Shown one piece after another: positions 38,991 through 50,694 of a stretch of DNA of 62,000 nt. The notes under the pieces are model-generated. The model was not told where the DNA came from. It did not search any database and saw nothing but the letters and a program-made list of their open reading frames with translations. A program made the position numbers and the translations under genes. The first letter of the stretch is position 1. Each line of letters opens with the position of its first letter. Origin of the DNA: Vicugna vicugna (lineage: Eukaryota); contig MU057944.1 in NCBI GenBank assembly GCA_013265495.1, positions 124,001 through 186,000 on the forward strand, in the 5' to 3' direction.

Positions 38991-39609
38991 TATCCAATAT
39001 TACTAATAACCCTTAACAATGATGATTCTACCTCTATACTTTGGTAAATTAAATTATAACGTTAAAATAACAAGTACCTTGCAGAGTGCTTGGCACGGAG
39101 GTGGAAGTGCTCAATTAACAGTAACCGTTACTCTCATCTTGGGCACTCATTGGCTTACAGCCCTCTGTGTCTCTTGAAACACACATAGGAAGCTGGGGAC
39201 ATGTGGCCTGAAAGTTGCTGTGGTGCACGTGGTGGTCGCAGCCCCAACTGAGTGTCCCTTCTGTTGAGGTAGGTGAAGTACCACTAGTGGCCACCGGGGG
39301 CAGCAGAGGACCCAACCCCAGATGCCTGGGTTCCAAGTCCTGACTACAGGAGGCAATCAAGGAAGGGTTGACTATTCATTCCACGGTGCCCACAGGTAGG
39401 CGTTCTCCAGAACCCTGACATGGAAGGCATTCCCCCAGCGAACACCCCTCACTTCTGAGGGTTAAGCTACCAACCCTGCCGTTTACCAGCCACATTATCT
39501 TGGATAAATCCCTTTATCTTCCCTAAACCTCAGTTTTCTCATCTGGGACATGGGGATAGGGTGATCCCTGGAGTGAAGTGAGTGCTCAGTCAATGACACC
39601 TGTTGCCAA

Positions 39610-39870
39610 AGTAGCGTGATGGTTATTAGCCCAGACTTTGCAGCCAGGCTGCATTAAGCTTCAGTCCTGCCTGGGCCACTCACTGGCTGTGTGCCTTTGG
39701 GTAAGCAACTTAACTTCTCTGTGTCTGTTTCCTCATCTGTAAAATGGAGATAATAATAGTATGCATAATTCTCAGAGTTGTTGGGGGGATTAAATGAATG
39801 TATAAGGTTCTTAGAACAGTGCCTGGCACCTATGGTAAGTGCTATGCAAATGTTTGCCAGTATTATTATT
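39610..39870 (+). mobile_element. MIR SINE (near full length)
   Basis: tttcctcatctgtaaaatggagataataatagt...cttagaacagtgcctggcac. Confidence 0.85.
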
Positions 39871-40609
39871 AGAAGTCATAGTACTTTTGATGTTACTGCT
39901 ATTTATTCTGAATAAGCTGCAACGTTTCTGCAGAGACCTCCCTGCTTGACATGAACTCCCCAAAAAGAGGCTGAGAGGAGACGGGAGAGATGTGCGCCCT
40001 GGATGAGGAAGGACTTTTTTTCCTTTTTGTAGTTGAAAAACTAACTTGGGACTCAAGACAGTCTGACAGGCAGGGCACAGAGGCCAGTCACACTCTGTGA
40101 AAATACTTCAATGCCTGGCTCTGGGCTAAGCTTCTGCCTCCAAGGCGGGTCTGTTAGAAACTTCCAGAGGGGATTAGGATCTTCACCAGGTCATTCAGGA
40201 CGCAGGGAAGATCGCCAGAGAGTACCGGTGAGGCCATGACAGGTGCACAGAAGTCTCCAGCCAAGAAGATCTGGCCAGGACAGATGGCGGGATGGACCTG
40301 GGGTGAAATCCACACCCCCGCCCAGGGCTAAGATCTAAGTAGGTTTGGGGGAAAATCCCAGGCTAAGCCTTGCTGCTGCACCTGTGGCCCAGCGTCCCAC
40401 TGGGATGGCTGAGGAAAGAAGATGAGATCAGTACCATCCCCCCTGGTGGCCTCGGCCACAAAGCATCCCAGGGCCTGCCGGGGGGCTTCGGAGGAATAGA
40501 TCAAAGGCTGCGGATCTCCATGGAGACAGTGGATAGTGCTTGTCTGGCTTAGAAGCAATGGGTATGTCACTCTGGCTTCCTCCGGCAATGTCCCCAAGCC
40601 CATTTTTTG

Positions 40610-40820
40610 GAGGGTTTACCTTTTGCTAAGCTCCATTCAGAGTTCTGCGTGTGCCTCTTGTCATTGAAGCCTCCTACCACAACCCTGCGAGGTAGTGGCC
40701 ATGATCATCTCCATCTTACAGATGAGGAACCTGAGACTTCCAGGGGTGAAATGATTTGTCCCAGACCGTACACTAGTGTGTGTCAGAGCCAGGATTTGCG
40801 TCCTGGTCTCTCTGCCTCCA
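40610..40820 (-). mobile_element. MIR SINE
   Basis: acaaccctgcgaggtag...ccatcttacagatgaggaacctgag. Confidence 0.7.
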
Positions 40821-40844
40821 GAGAGTGTTCCCAGCCTCCTAGCA

Positions 40845-41416
40845 TGGGCAGCATCCAAGGATGGCCCTGGTGATCCCTGCCTCCTGGTAGTCACGCCTCT
40901 CGACATCCAGTGTGGCCTCCAGTGTGGGCAGGACCTAGTGATTCACTTCTAATGAACAGAACAGGGAAAAAGTGATGGATGTCATTTCCCAGATTAGGTC
41001 ACAGAGATGGTGGTTTCCATCTTGTGCACACCCTCTCCTGCTCTCTCCCAGAGCCCTCGGGGACATAAGCTATGATTTTTCCAAGTAGGTCTGTGTAGCC
41101 CTACAGCAAAGAACGGAGGGTGGCCTTGGGCCCACAGCCAAGGAGGAGCTGAGGTTCTCAGTCCAATACAAGAAACTGAATCTTGCCAGAACCACAGGAG
41201 TGAGCCTGGGACTAGATCTTCCCCAAGGAAAGCCTTGAGTTGACTGTAGCCCTGGCTGACACCTTGCCTGCAGCCTGCGGAGAAGCCCTGAGCCAGAGGC
41301 ACCCAGCTAAGCCCGTGGATTCCTGACCCACAGAAACTAAGAGATAATAAAAGCTTGTTGTTTTAAGCCTCTGAGTTTTGGGGTGATTTGTCACGCAGCA
41401 ATAGATAACTAATACA
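40845..41416 (+). mobile_element. MLT1F-like MaLR solo LTR
   Basis: gattcctgacccacagaaact...tgttgttttaagcc...gcagcaatagataactaataca 3' end. Confidence 0.85.
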
Positions 41417-43169
41417 CTTATTGTCACTACGAGCGACACACACAAAATGTACCCACACAACCACCATGAGAAGGATTAAAAAGACCCACTCAACCGTAGC
41501 TGGCAGAGCTGGGAAAGCCCCCCTCACATCCGCTAACCCAGCCTTCATTTTGCTTTTTGCCAGTGAGGGTGCTTAGATACAGAGACAGAATGACCCTTTG
41601 CCACGGTCACACGTAAGCCAGGCTATGGCTGCTGAGGTCCCCAGACTTCAGGAGTTCACAGAGGTGTTACAGGCAAAACAGTGCAGGTTCCTAAGGACCC
41701 ACGGTCGCTACCTTGTCTTAGTTCCACGTGTCTGAAGAGAGTTATGTTGGATGGGAGATCTCAGTAAAATCTCTCCTACAAAGACTAAAAACACAGCCAA
41801 GAAAAAAAAAAATTCCAGTCGGCTCCAATATTCAACTTCAAGCTGATATCAAATTCAGGGGAGTTCTTTAATACAGCGTTTCTGGGTTTTGTTCCTTAAG
41901 TCAAATATAGCTTGTCATGTCCCTTGCTCCTGTGAGCTAAAAGAAGTTCCCTTGGGAATGAAGGGACACTGTGAACAGAAAGAGCACTGCACTGATCCCT
42001 TATGTCCCTGTCCCCCAGCCTCCTTTTTGTTTCCTTCGGTGGTGTCCTGTTGGCCTGAGGTCAGGATCATGGGGACACTGTCTGGCTTCAGAGCTCAGAA
42101 CTAGAGCAGCCTCCCCACCCTTGGGCTGGGCTGCCCGCACCCGACCCCCGCTGAATTCCCATGATGCCATTGTTCCTTATGAGTCGTCAGGAGGACCGAC
42201 CGGCTGGGGACAGTTCTTGCAGCCTCTCCCCACCCCACCCCCTAAATCCTCCCTTCCTGCTGCCTTGCAGAGGCCCGACGCAAGGTACCCTGGAGAAGCA
42301 CAGAGCGAGACAACTCTCAGGCGCAGCCGTCTCCAACATCAATTCTCAGCAGCCCCCAGGGAGGCCGGGAAAATCTCCTGGGAGTAGGACCAGCTACATA
42401 ATTTGCAGATCCCAGTGCAAAATGAACATGTGAAGACCGTAGTTCAACAATAATTAAGAATTTCAAGGCGACGACATTAACCCCAGCATAGGGCCCCGCT
42501 GCACAGGCTGCGCGTTCAGAAGCTGGCCCAGTCTTGGAGTCTCCAGTCAAAACCACCCTGGAGTTGCCACTCTTAGAGCGCTTGCCCCAGCTGCTCAGGG
42601 CAGAAGGTGGGCTGTCACTTCTTGGCTCCCGCATCTCCTGTTGCAGAACTCAGCAGAAACATCTCCTGGGCCACGGGTGTTCTCATAATCAGAAACATAC
42701 CTCGAGGAATAAAGACCTCCCACCCAAGGCAGCTGGTTTTCTGGAAGGCTGCAGGCTGCCGCTGCCGTCAGAGGTGTGCCTACCAGCAGAGTTGTGAGCA
42801 GAGAGACTGAGGCTGAAGCCAACTGCAGGGGGGCTGGGCAGTCTGAGAACCCCAGAATGCAAGGGAAGGAGGGCCCAATTGCCACGTGAAGTCCTGCTCC
42901 TGAGTGTGGGGAACACACACACACATGCACACACACAGCCAGGCCAATCTTCACTGGGAAAGGAGAGCAGCAGAAATCCCCCAGGGCTGTGGGCCTGAGG
43001 AACAGCTTGAACTATTGAGATGTCAGTAGAAAACACGTGCAGACTCCTGAGAGGCATCAGAGCGGACCGGTGAGGGTGGCCGGGAAATGAGCACTGGCGG
43101 CCAAGGGGCCAGATGGAAACTTCTAGACATATTTACTTTGTTGTTCTTTCTCCTCCCTCTCTGCTTTCT

Positions 43170-43620
43170 TCTTGGGTTTTAAAAAGTTGCCAACATTTCC
43201 AACTTTGATTTCCCCTAAAAATTCCTATTCCTGGTAGCTCTAAAAAAAAAAAAATTCAGAACCTCTGGTAACACAAGAGCCAAATTCCTATATGAGAACA
43301 ATCTGTAGGGGCTGCTGGCCCCTTGTTTGCCACAGTCCCCACCATTCCCTAAGGTCTCCCTGTCATCCAACTCAAGTGGCAAGTTCATGCTTGCGCTGCT
43401 GTTTCCTTGCTATGGAGTTAAGGGGAAAGTGAGTGTTTCTATCAAAAGTGGGAAAACAGGAGGCTGATCAAGAGTGCCATGTATTTCAAGGAATATGGGG
43501 AAAAGTGTGTTTCTTTGTGGAAGTGAAGGGCCTTCCTACAAGTTTAACATGCAAAGAAATTCTCGGTACAAAGAATATAACCTAAATACTCCATGAAACA
43601 AACCACAGCAGCCATTGCAC
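43170..43620 (+). mobile_element. Charlie8 hAT fossil: MER102-like 5' region plus degraded transposase N-terminus
   Basis: From 43445: KVGKQEADQECHVFQGIWGKVCFFVEVKGLPTSLTCK...KEYNL...HETNH (frameshifted), resembling the Charlie8-derived domain of GTF2IRD2. Confidence 0.7.
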
Positions 43621-45099
43621 TGCCCACCGCACTTAGCCATGTCCCCGATGGATCCCTGAAGGCATCTGAAACAGTGTCCTGGACCAGATGTGTCCAGAAG
43701 GCGAGGGCACGCCCATCTTCTCCACCCACCAGGGCTCAGAGCGGTCTTTCTTTTGTTATGTTCTGCCCATTATCCCAGCAAAGGCAGAGGACTGCAGGGA
43801 TTCCCAGCATCTTCTGTCACCTGGTGTGGGGTCAGTTTACTCCTCCCAGAGTGTTGTGGTTTTCCTTCCCCAGCTGGGAGCACCACCAGCGCTTGGTGTA
43901 CCTGTCAGCCCTCCACTGGGCAGTCAGGGGTCCAGTTAGACAGGGGAAAGGGGACTGAGGCAGCCCTGTGGGCCTCTACAGCTGGGCCAGTGTCCCTGTC
44001 ACTGGGAGGACAAGGAAGGTGTGGGTGGTAGCCGGGAAGGCTAGGATGGATGGTGGCCAGGCCATAGCAGTTGCTCAGAGGCGGACCTTCTTGCCCACTG
44101 ACAAGAAAGTGACGTGTGAAATGTTTTAGAGACTTGCAGGGGGGAAAGTAATTTGGTTCCCACAGCTTGTCAGAAAGCCATAAACCAGTACCAGGACATT
44201 CCCAGAATTCAGGCCTGGGCCAGTGGGAGCCACAGGTTACAGAGCCAGGTCTGAAAAGGGTGGGGTGCGTGCTGCCTGGAAGGGCAGAATAAGGACACCA
44301 CAGAAAATGGGTGACTCCTCACCCAGCCATGGAACCCTGGCTCCCCATGTCTACAGTTGGGGGAAACTGGACCTGCCTCCTGGGGCTGCAGGGAGATAAT
44401 AAGTCCTCCTAAAGAGCATCGTAATCCCCAGATCAAAGGGGGTTCAGAGCTGCAGACTCACTCTGCCAGCCACAGCAGTGGGCGGGTTCAGATCTGTAGA
44501 CCCTCCAAGGCGACACCTCTTCCAGGGCTTGTCTGGCCTCATAACTGGCCCCCTACTTACTCAGGGGCCCAGGCCCGGGCTTCCCCTGGGAACCACCTCA
44601 CCTGCGGCAAAAGGGAGTTCATAAGTAGCACTGATGAATGGACAGAGTGGGAGTTACTGATGCCCCATTTTGTAGATGGGGAAACTGAGACCCAGGAAGT
44701 GAGGTGCAGCCACAGCCCCCCCCCCACCAGGTAACAACTTCCTCACGGGTATGAACCATATCAGTTTTCCTCCCCACTGGCACAGCGATTGCTCTCAGTG
44801 TTGTATTTACTTAAAGAAAGCCTGGTCACACAGCGCAGGTGAGTGAAAGAAGTGTCCCAGGGCTCCCCTTTTCCTGCCCGCTCTTTCCGCCCTCTCTCGG
44901 TCACTTGCTGGGACTTCAGCTCTTCAGCGCGGCTGTCACAAGGGTGCCAGAAGGGTGGAGAGACAAATGCAAACGGGAGGACCAGGCACCTTCCCCTCCC
45001 TCTCTGCACTCACTTGGGGCTTTCAACGACCTGGATTCAGGCCTGTCACTCCCGACCCCTGTGACACTGGCCATCTCTCTAACCCTCAGTTTCTCCAGG

Positions 45100-46220
45100 A
45101 ATGACTATGTGGGGATGCGAGGAGTCGCCAGGGCCAGGCGCACAAAGAGGCGACCTGGCCCTCCCCCGGGCCTTGGGGCGAGTCAGGGCGCCGCCGAGGG
45201 GCCGGGGGCGGGGCCGGGGGCGGGGCGAGCGGCGGCCCTCGCCAGCCCGGAAGGAGCGGGAGGAGGAGCCGCCGGAGTGAGAGTCGCTCCCACGTGAGAG
45301 GCTCCGAGGCCGAATTCCTCGCGTGCGGCGGCCGCGGACGGCCCGGCGTCCGGCCGGACGGAGAGCCCTGGTCCGGCGCGCGCGGGCGGCCGGGCGGGCG
45401 GCGGGGGCGGTGCTCGGCTGCGCCCCGATGCGGCGGCGGCTGCGGGGGTTGTGAGCCCGGCGCCCGCCGTGGGAGCCCCCCGCGCCGCCACAGGCAGCGC
45501 CCCCCGGGCACGCGGCATGCGGGCGGCAGACTGGCACCTGGGAGCGCGTCCGCCAGCTCGCCGCACAGGGCGAGCCGGCGCCTTCCTGCGGGGCGGGGGC
45601 CGGGCCGGCGCGCCCCCCGGGGCCCGCAGCCTGCGAGCCAGGTGCGGACGCGGCGGCGCCTGGTGATCGGCCCCGCACCGGGGCACCCTCAGTTCGAGCG
45701 GATGGCGACTTCAGCCAGCCGGCGCTTCTGCGGGAGGAAGTGTCTCGACTCCAGGAAGAAGTTCACCTTCTCCAGTAGGTGCGCGCCGGGAGGGGAGAGC
45801 GGCGCGGCCGCAGGCCTGGGGAGCGCCGAGGCCGGGCGCGCGGGGGCGCTCCGGGCCGGGATCGGGCCGCCGCTGGTGGCAAAGTTCTCGCCGCGCGCGG
45901 AGCCCCGAGCGCCGGACGAGGTGCACGGGGAAGACGCGCGGAACGCCGAGTTGGTCAGCTTCCGAGTGGGGGTTCGCGCTTTCCGGCGGAGCCCCCTAGA
46001 GAGTTGCAGCGGGAGGTCAAGGCCACGCCTGCAGGAGCCGTGCGATTCCGCGGCGCCCAGCTCTGGGCTGGATCCCGCGCCTGTTCTGGGGAGCGTGGGA
46101 AAGGGGCCAGCGTCTCGCGAAGTTGGGGAGGCCCCCTGTGGCCGCACCTGTAACCCATCAGGCAGCCCCATGAAGTGCCCAGGGGAGCGCTGCCTTCCCG
46201 CCGCCCCTCGCCGTGGAAAG
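45100..46220. promoter_or_regulatory. KAZN: CpG island / internal KAZN promoter (kazrin-B first exon)
   Basis: Very high GC and CpG density; tandem GC boxes GGGGCGGGGC at 45205-45214 and 45217-45226; E-box CACGTG at 45291. Confidence 0.9.
45517..45778 (+). CDS. KAZN: Kazrin isoform-B-type first coding exon, apparently disrupted (frameshift after MRAAD; in-frame TAG at 45776-45778; donor GT at 45779)
   Basis: ATG 45517 gives MRAAD; frame from 45539 gives WERVRQLAAQGEPAPSCGAGAGPARPPGPAACEPGADAAAPGDRPRTGAPSVRADGDFSQPALLREEVSRLQEEVHLLQ*, matching the recalled human kazrin-B N-terminus and coiled-coil start. Confidence 0.65.
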
Positions 46221-46639
46221 TGATGATTCGCCTTTGCTAGGAGATAACAGATTTCTCATACACTTGAACGGCTAGAGCCGAAAGAGAAATTGCAGCGGAG
46301 GAGACACAAATGCAGGGGTCTGATTGTGTATCGTTGGCTAATTCGCCCCAGACGGAGAACTTGAGTGTTAAAGTGTTCCGAGTGGATGCGCCTCTTCCAT
46401 TCTGTTCCGGTCTCAGCTGGTCCCTCCCTGCTCAAGTTAGGTCATAGGGGAGGCTGGGGCGGGAAAAAAACGGCGGGACGGCACAGGAACCCCTGGATCC
46501 TCTTAACTCTGGGGTCGGAAGATGGAAGAGGAAGGGCTTCCGAGAAGGGTCTGTCATCATTAGCTTGAACTTTGAGTACTTTTTCCAGGAAGAATTGAGG
46601 GGGGAGGGCACAATATTTCATTACACCATTACTCATTAT

Positions 46640-46830
46640 TTCTCAAACACCTAGTGTGTTCCAGTAGTTTACATACAATGTCTTCTTGAAATCTAATCAC
46701 CACCCCGGCAGTGAGGCTGTGTTGTCTCCAGGAAGATGAGGATAGAAAACAGAGTTTAAGGGACTTGCCCGAGACCCCAAGCCCTGAAAACGTGGCGCTG
46801 GAATTTCATATTTGGTCTGCGGATTGACAC
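46640..46830 (-). mobile_element. MIR SINE
   Basis: gatgagg...agagtttaagggacttgccc. Confidence 0.5.
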
Positions 46831-48599
46831 CAGAATGCCTCTCCCAGGCAGCAGGCTTACCACCTGAGAAACACCAGGGTTATTTATCTATTAATTATTT
46901 CTTTCCTATGAGAAAAAAGCCGACTGCATGACCCCCTAATTCCAGACTGCCTGTATTGGTCTCCCCAGGAGATGGAATCCTGGGGGTCATAGTTCGAGCC
47001 ACAGGAGCTGGGACCACCAACCAGCTGGCTCTGATTAGTGAGCTGCCGCTGGTGTCCTGGAGCAACTGAGGTCTTGGGTCATCAACAGTCTGGAAGAGGG
47101 ACACTGAGGCCTGGAAGGCACTTGAGTCCCTGGGCCCTTGGCTTCAGGGCTGGCCCTGCTGGGACAGTCCAACCACCTCCCCTGTTGCGCAGAGCAGTTA
47201 CAGACCAAGACAGATTGGTGTCAAACAGAGCATAGGTGCAAAGAATAAGCAAATGGGAGGGCTTGGGCTAGATGCTTGACCTTTTTGTGACCCAGTGTAC
47301 CCATCTGTAAACTAGAGATATTAATAATGCCAGCTAACATTTTGATCATTCAGAAACTAGCGTCTGCAAAGCACCTTGCCTAGTTCATAATTGATGCTAA
47401 TGAATGTCAGTTGTCAGCTTTACTTGTGGGGCACCTGTCAATGCCCCCATTGACTCAGTTTCTCACTAGGATGTGATGCTATCCGCTCCATCTCCACCCT
47501 CCTGAACTGTATGAGATGACATTTATCTTGTCTGTAAAATAACTAATGATCCAAGACTGACTGTCCTGCCAGTGGAGGTTGTTATTATGTAAACATGTAA
47601 GAGAGGGCTGGGTGGAGATACATCTGTTTACTTTGTATCTATATAGACTCCATTTTTGTATTCATAATAGCAATATCCTAATGACATGGTGGAGCTGAGA
47701 AAACACCTGTCTCTGAGGTCTGGGGGTGGTTGTTATTCCTGTGGCCCTCACAGTATCCCTGTAGGGCAGAGAGCTGTGGAAATCTCCTTTCCTGATCTAC
47801 AGATGGCATCACTGGCATGAAACAGGATTGAGCCAGCAGCTAAACCAGAAAGTTCTGAGTTCTCTCTACGCCACCACCCTTCACCCCCTACTGGTCTCTG
47901 GTTCTTAAAGACCAAATGCCGTTTCTGAGAACATCCATGGTTGCCGGGCATTGAGGACAGCCTGTCAGGGACATGGGTTCTCAAATCACTGGCTGTTATG
48001 AGGGGTTATCCTCTGGGAGGTAAATGGGAACTCTTCTGGCTTAGCACCTCCAACTGAAGTTATTGCTGAAATAAATATTTTAACCAGGCTGAGAGGGGAC
48101 TTGCCCCAGGATCTCAGCACATTAGTCCCCAGCCTAATGCAATGCTCAGTTTAAGGAGCTAAAAGAGTGCCCTTTTGGATGACAGAATCTGGAAATTGGC
48201 ACTTTCAGAGGCTTGGGGAAGGGGAAAGAGAGAGAGGATCTTTGCTTGGTGGTATGGAGTCCTGGCACCTTGACGTTGCTCACAGGTGATGTCCTGAGAT
48301 CAGCAGTGTGACAGACTCTGTGACACCTGGTGACAGCTCTGGCCTCCAGGCTGGGACTACTTCCAGGGGAGGTTATCATTTATGCCTGGACTAGGCACCA
48401 GAGCAGGAGATGAAGATATTAGATACATGCTCGGTCTGTACCCGGTTCTGCCTGAAATCTGTTGGTCCTTGAGAGTCACGGTAACTCAGTTTCCCTGTTG
48501 GTGTGATGGGAATGAAGGACTCCATCAGAGGGGGCATCTTTCCAGAGCCCCCGCAGAGCGAACTGCTCACCGAGCCTTCTTAGACTGAGAACTTGAATG

Positions 48600-48870
48600 A
48601 TTCTTTCTTTGGTTGTCCGTTCATTCAGTCGCCTTTCTTGAACATCTACTCCTGCCAGGCACTGTTGTAGCTGCCAGGGATACAGCCGCCCGGAGACAAC
48701 TGCAGGGCTTGTTTCCATGGAGCTTCTGTTCCGTGGGAGGAGATTTCCAGTAGGCAGATACACACAAGGATGTGTCAGGGGATGGGAGGTGCTGGGCAGA
48801 AAAATCAGCCAGGTGAGGGGTTAGGGTGATGGGAGCAGGTGGTCAGAGAGTGCACTTGAGAAAGAGGTGA
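48600..48870 (-). mobile_element. L2 3' fragment
   Basis: ttcattcag...ctactcctgccaggcactgtt...catggagcttctgttcc. Confidence 0.65.
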
Positions 48871-49149
48871 GGTGTGTGGGCGCTGAGTCCCAAAGGCAAG
48901 ATGGAATTCCAAATTGCTGATCGGCTGTAAGGAAACAAGTCATTTTTTTTTTTTTAAGTCGTTGGTAAATTAGTGTCTTTGTAGACTGGGCGCTTTATCT
49001 GTTCACATCTGAAGCCTACCCAGGCTACCTTCTTTATTAGTCATATGATTTCTTATCCCCTCTTGCCCCTCCTCCTCACTTAAAGTGCCCTGGAGAAGGC
49101 GGGGTCCTAGTGTATCTGTGTAGAGACTCCCAGCTCATGTCCTCCCAGG

Positions 49150-49330
49150 GCCAGGCTTGATGCTAACCAAACACCCAGCTTTGTCGTAATCAGTCCTCCA
49201 ACAACCCGGGGGTGGGGTGCAGTTGCTGATTTCATCCACAGATGGGGAAACTGATGCTCAGAACATTTAGTAACTAGGCTGAGGTCACATAGCAGGTAGG
49301 TGTCACAGCCAGGACTTTGTCCCAGACTGT
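49150..49330 (-). mobile_element. MIR SINE
   Basis: acagatggggaaactgatgctcaga...gaggtcacatagc. Confidence 0.65.
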
Positions 49331-49869
49331 AGACCTCAAAGCAGTGCGGAAAGACCTTGTATTGATCTTAAGAAAGTAGACCTTTAAAAAAAAAAAAACT
49401 AAACTAAAATTTTTTAAAATTTTAAAAAGAAAAAAATGAAAGTAGATACACATTGTTTCAGGTCCATTTTTCCTTTACATTTTTATCTTTAAAAATATGT
49501 GTCCTCTCCTTGACATTCCTTGTTTTAAGCAACTCAAGTATTTGCTTATCTTTGTGCCTTTAGCAATTTCCTCCTTAAGTCGGCTTTGTGTTATCCCTTC
49601 TGTAAAGGGTTTCTGCTGGGTTGGGGGTGGAATTCAGTCTCCACCTTGGAACTGGACATGCTCTTAGAAAGTCACCCACTAGGATCACAACAGTTTAGTG
49701 TGAGCTTCCCTGGTAACAGGGTGGGACAGATATGATTGGGGGCTTGGCTGTTCTGGATATTCAGGAAGGAAAGTCATTGTTGTTGAAAAAATGTTCGATT
49801 AGTTTCCCTTGGAAGGTTTTTGGGGCCCAGTTCCCTCCAACCTGTGGACTGCAGCTTCCTTCTGCCAGG

Positions 49870-50035
49870 GCAGTGGGCACAGGGCACCGCATTTGGAATC
49901 AAACGCACCTGGTTTGATCTCACCAGTCCTGTCGCTTACTAGCTATGTGTCCCCAAGCGAGTTAGTGCATGTCTCAAGCCTCAGTTTACCCATCTATAAA
50001 TAGGATCACATTACCCACCTCAGAGTTGTTGGATA
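49870..50035 (+). mobile_element. MIR SINE
   Basis: cttactagctatgtg...agcctcagtttacccatctataaa. Confidence 0.65.
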
Positions 50036-50694
50036 GGAATCTGTATGGTTAGCATCCTTCATACCATGGGGCCTGCTACTCCTGATGCCATAGAGGGAGG
50101 GGGAAATTCCCGTTTATCCAGAGTCCAAAGAACTTGTGAGTGTGTGTATGTGTGTGTGTACAATTTTTTTAATTTTTGAAGTTTGAAATAGTGAGATTTG
50201 ACGAGACAGGTGATTCTGGAGGAGTACTAGCTGCTTATTTGGCCTTCTGAATCATCAGGAAATTTCCAGAATGGTCATTATGTGCTCTTTATGGTCTATG
50301 TAATATTCCAACCGAGTCAACTGGATGATTTGCTAGCACCCTCCAGCCATTCTGGGGAGAGAAGAGTTTACTCCCCTTTCAATCGTCTCAAGAGCCACAG
50401 GGCACGCGTGGCTCAAGGTTGGTAGCAAACACGACCCCAGGGTTGGCTTCTCCCACCCGTAAATACATCAGCCACATGGGCACGTACACAGATTTTAGCC
50501 CCAGCAGAAAGCACATCGAGCGCATCATTAAGTGTCCAGAGCATCGCCGTGGGGAGCCTTGTTTGTGAGTCACTGAGGACTTTAAACACTCCAGGGAGGC
50601 TGGCAAGCCGTGGCTGCAAGTGTGTGTGCGTGTGTGTGTCGTTATTTTTTATACATTTACCCTCCGTAAAAGCATTTCGTGTTGAGCGCGTCAG

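Noticed and set aside
45517..45778. Interpretation as a processed KAZN pseudogene elsewhere in the genome
   Set aside because: It sits in an intact CpG-island promoter with GC boxes and has no further exons, poly(A) or TSD, which fits the native locus better; synteny cannot be verified here
45294..46223. 309-aa ORF and several overlapping long antisense ORFs
   Set aside because: Gly/Ala/Arg/Pro-rich, non-ATG starts, expected from stop-codon scarcity in a CpG island; the kazrin homology is in a different frame
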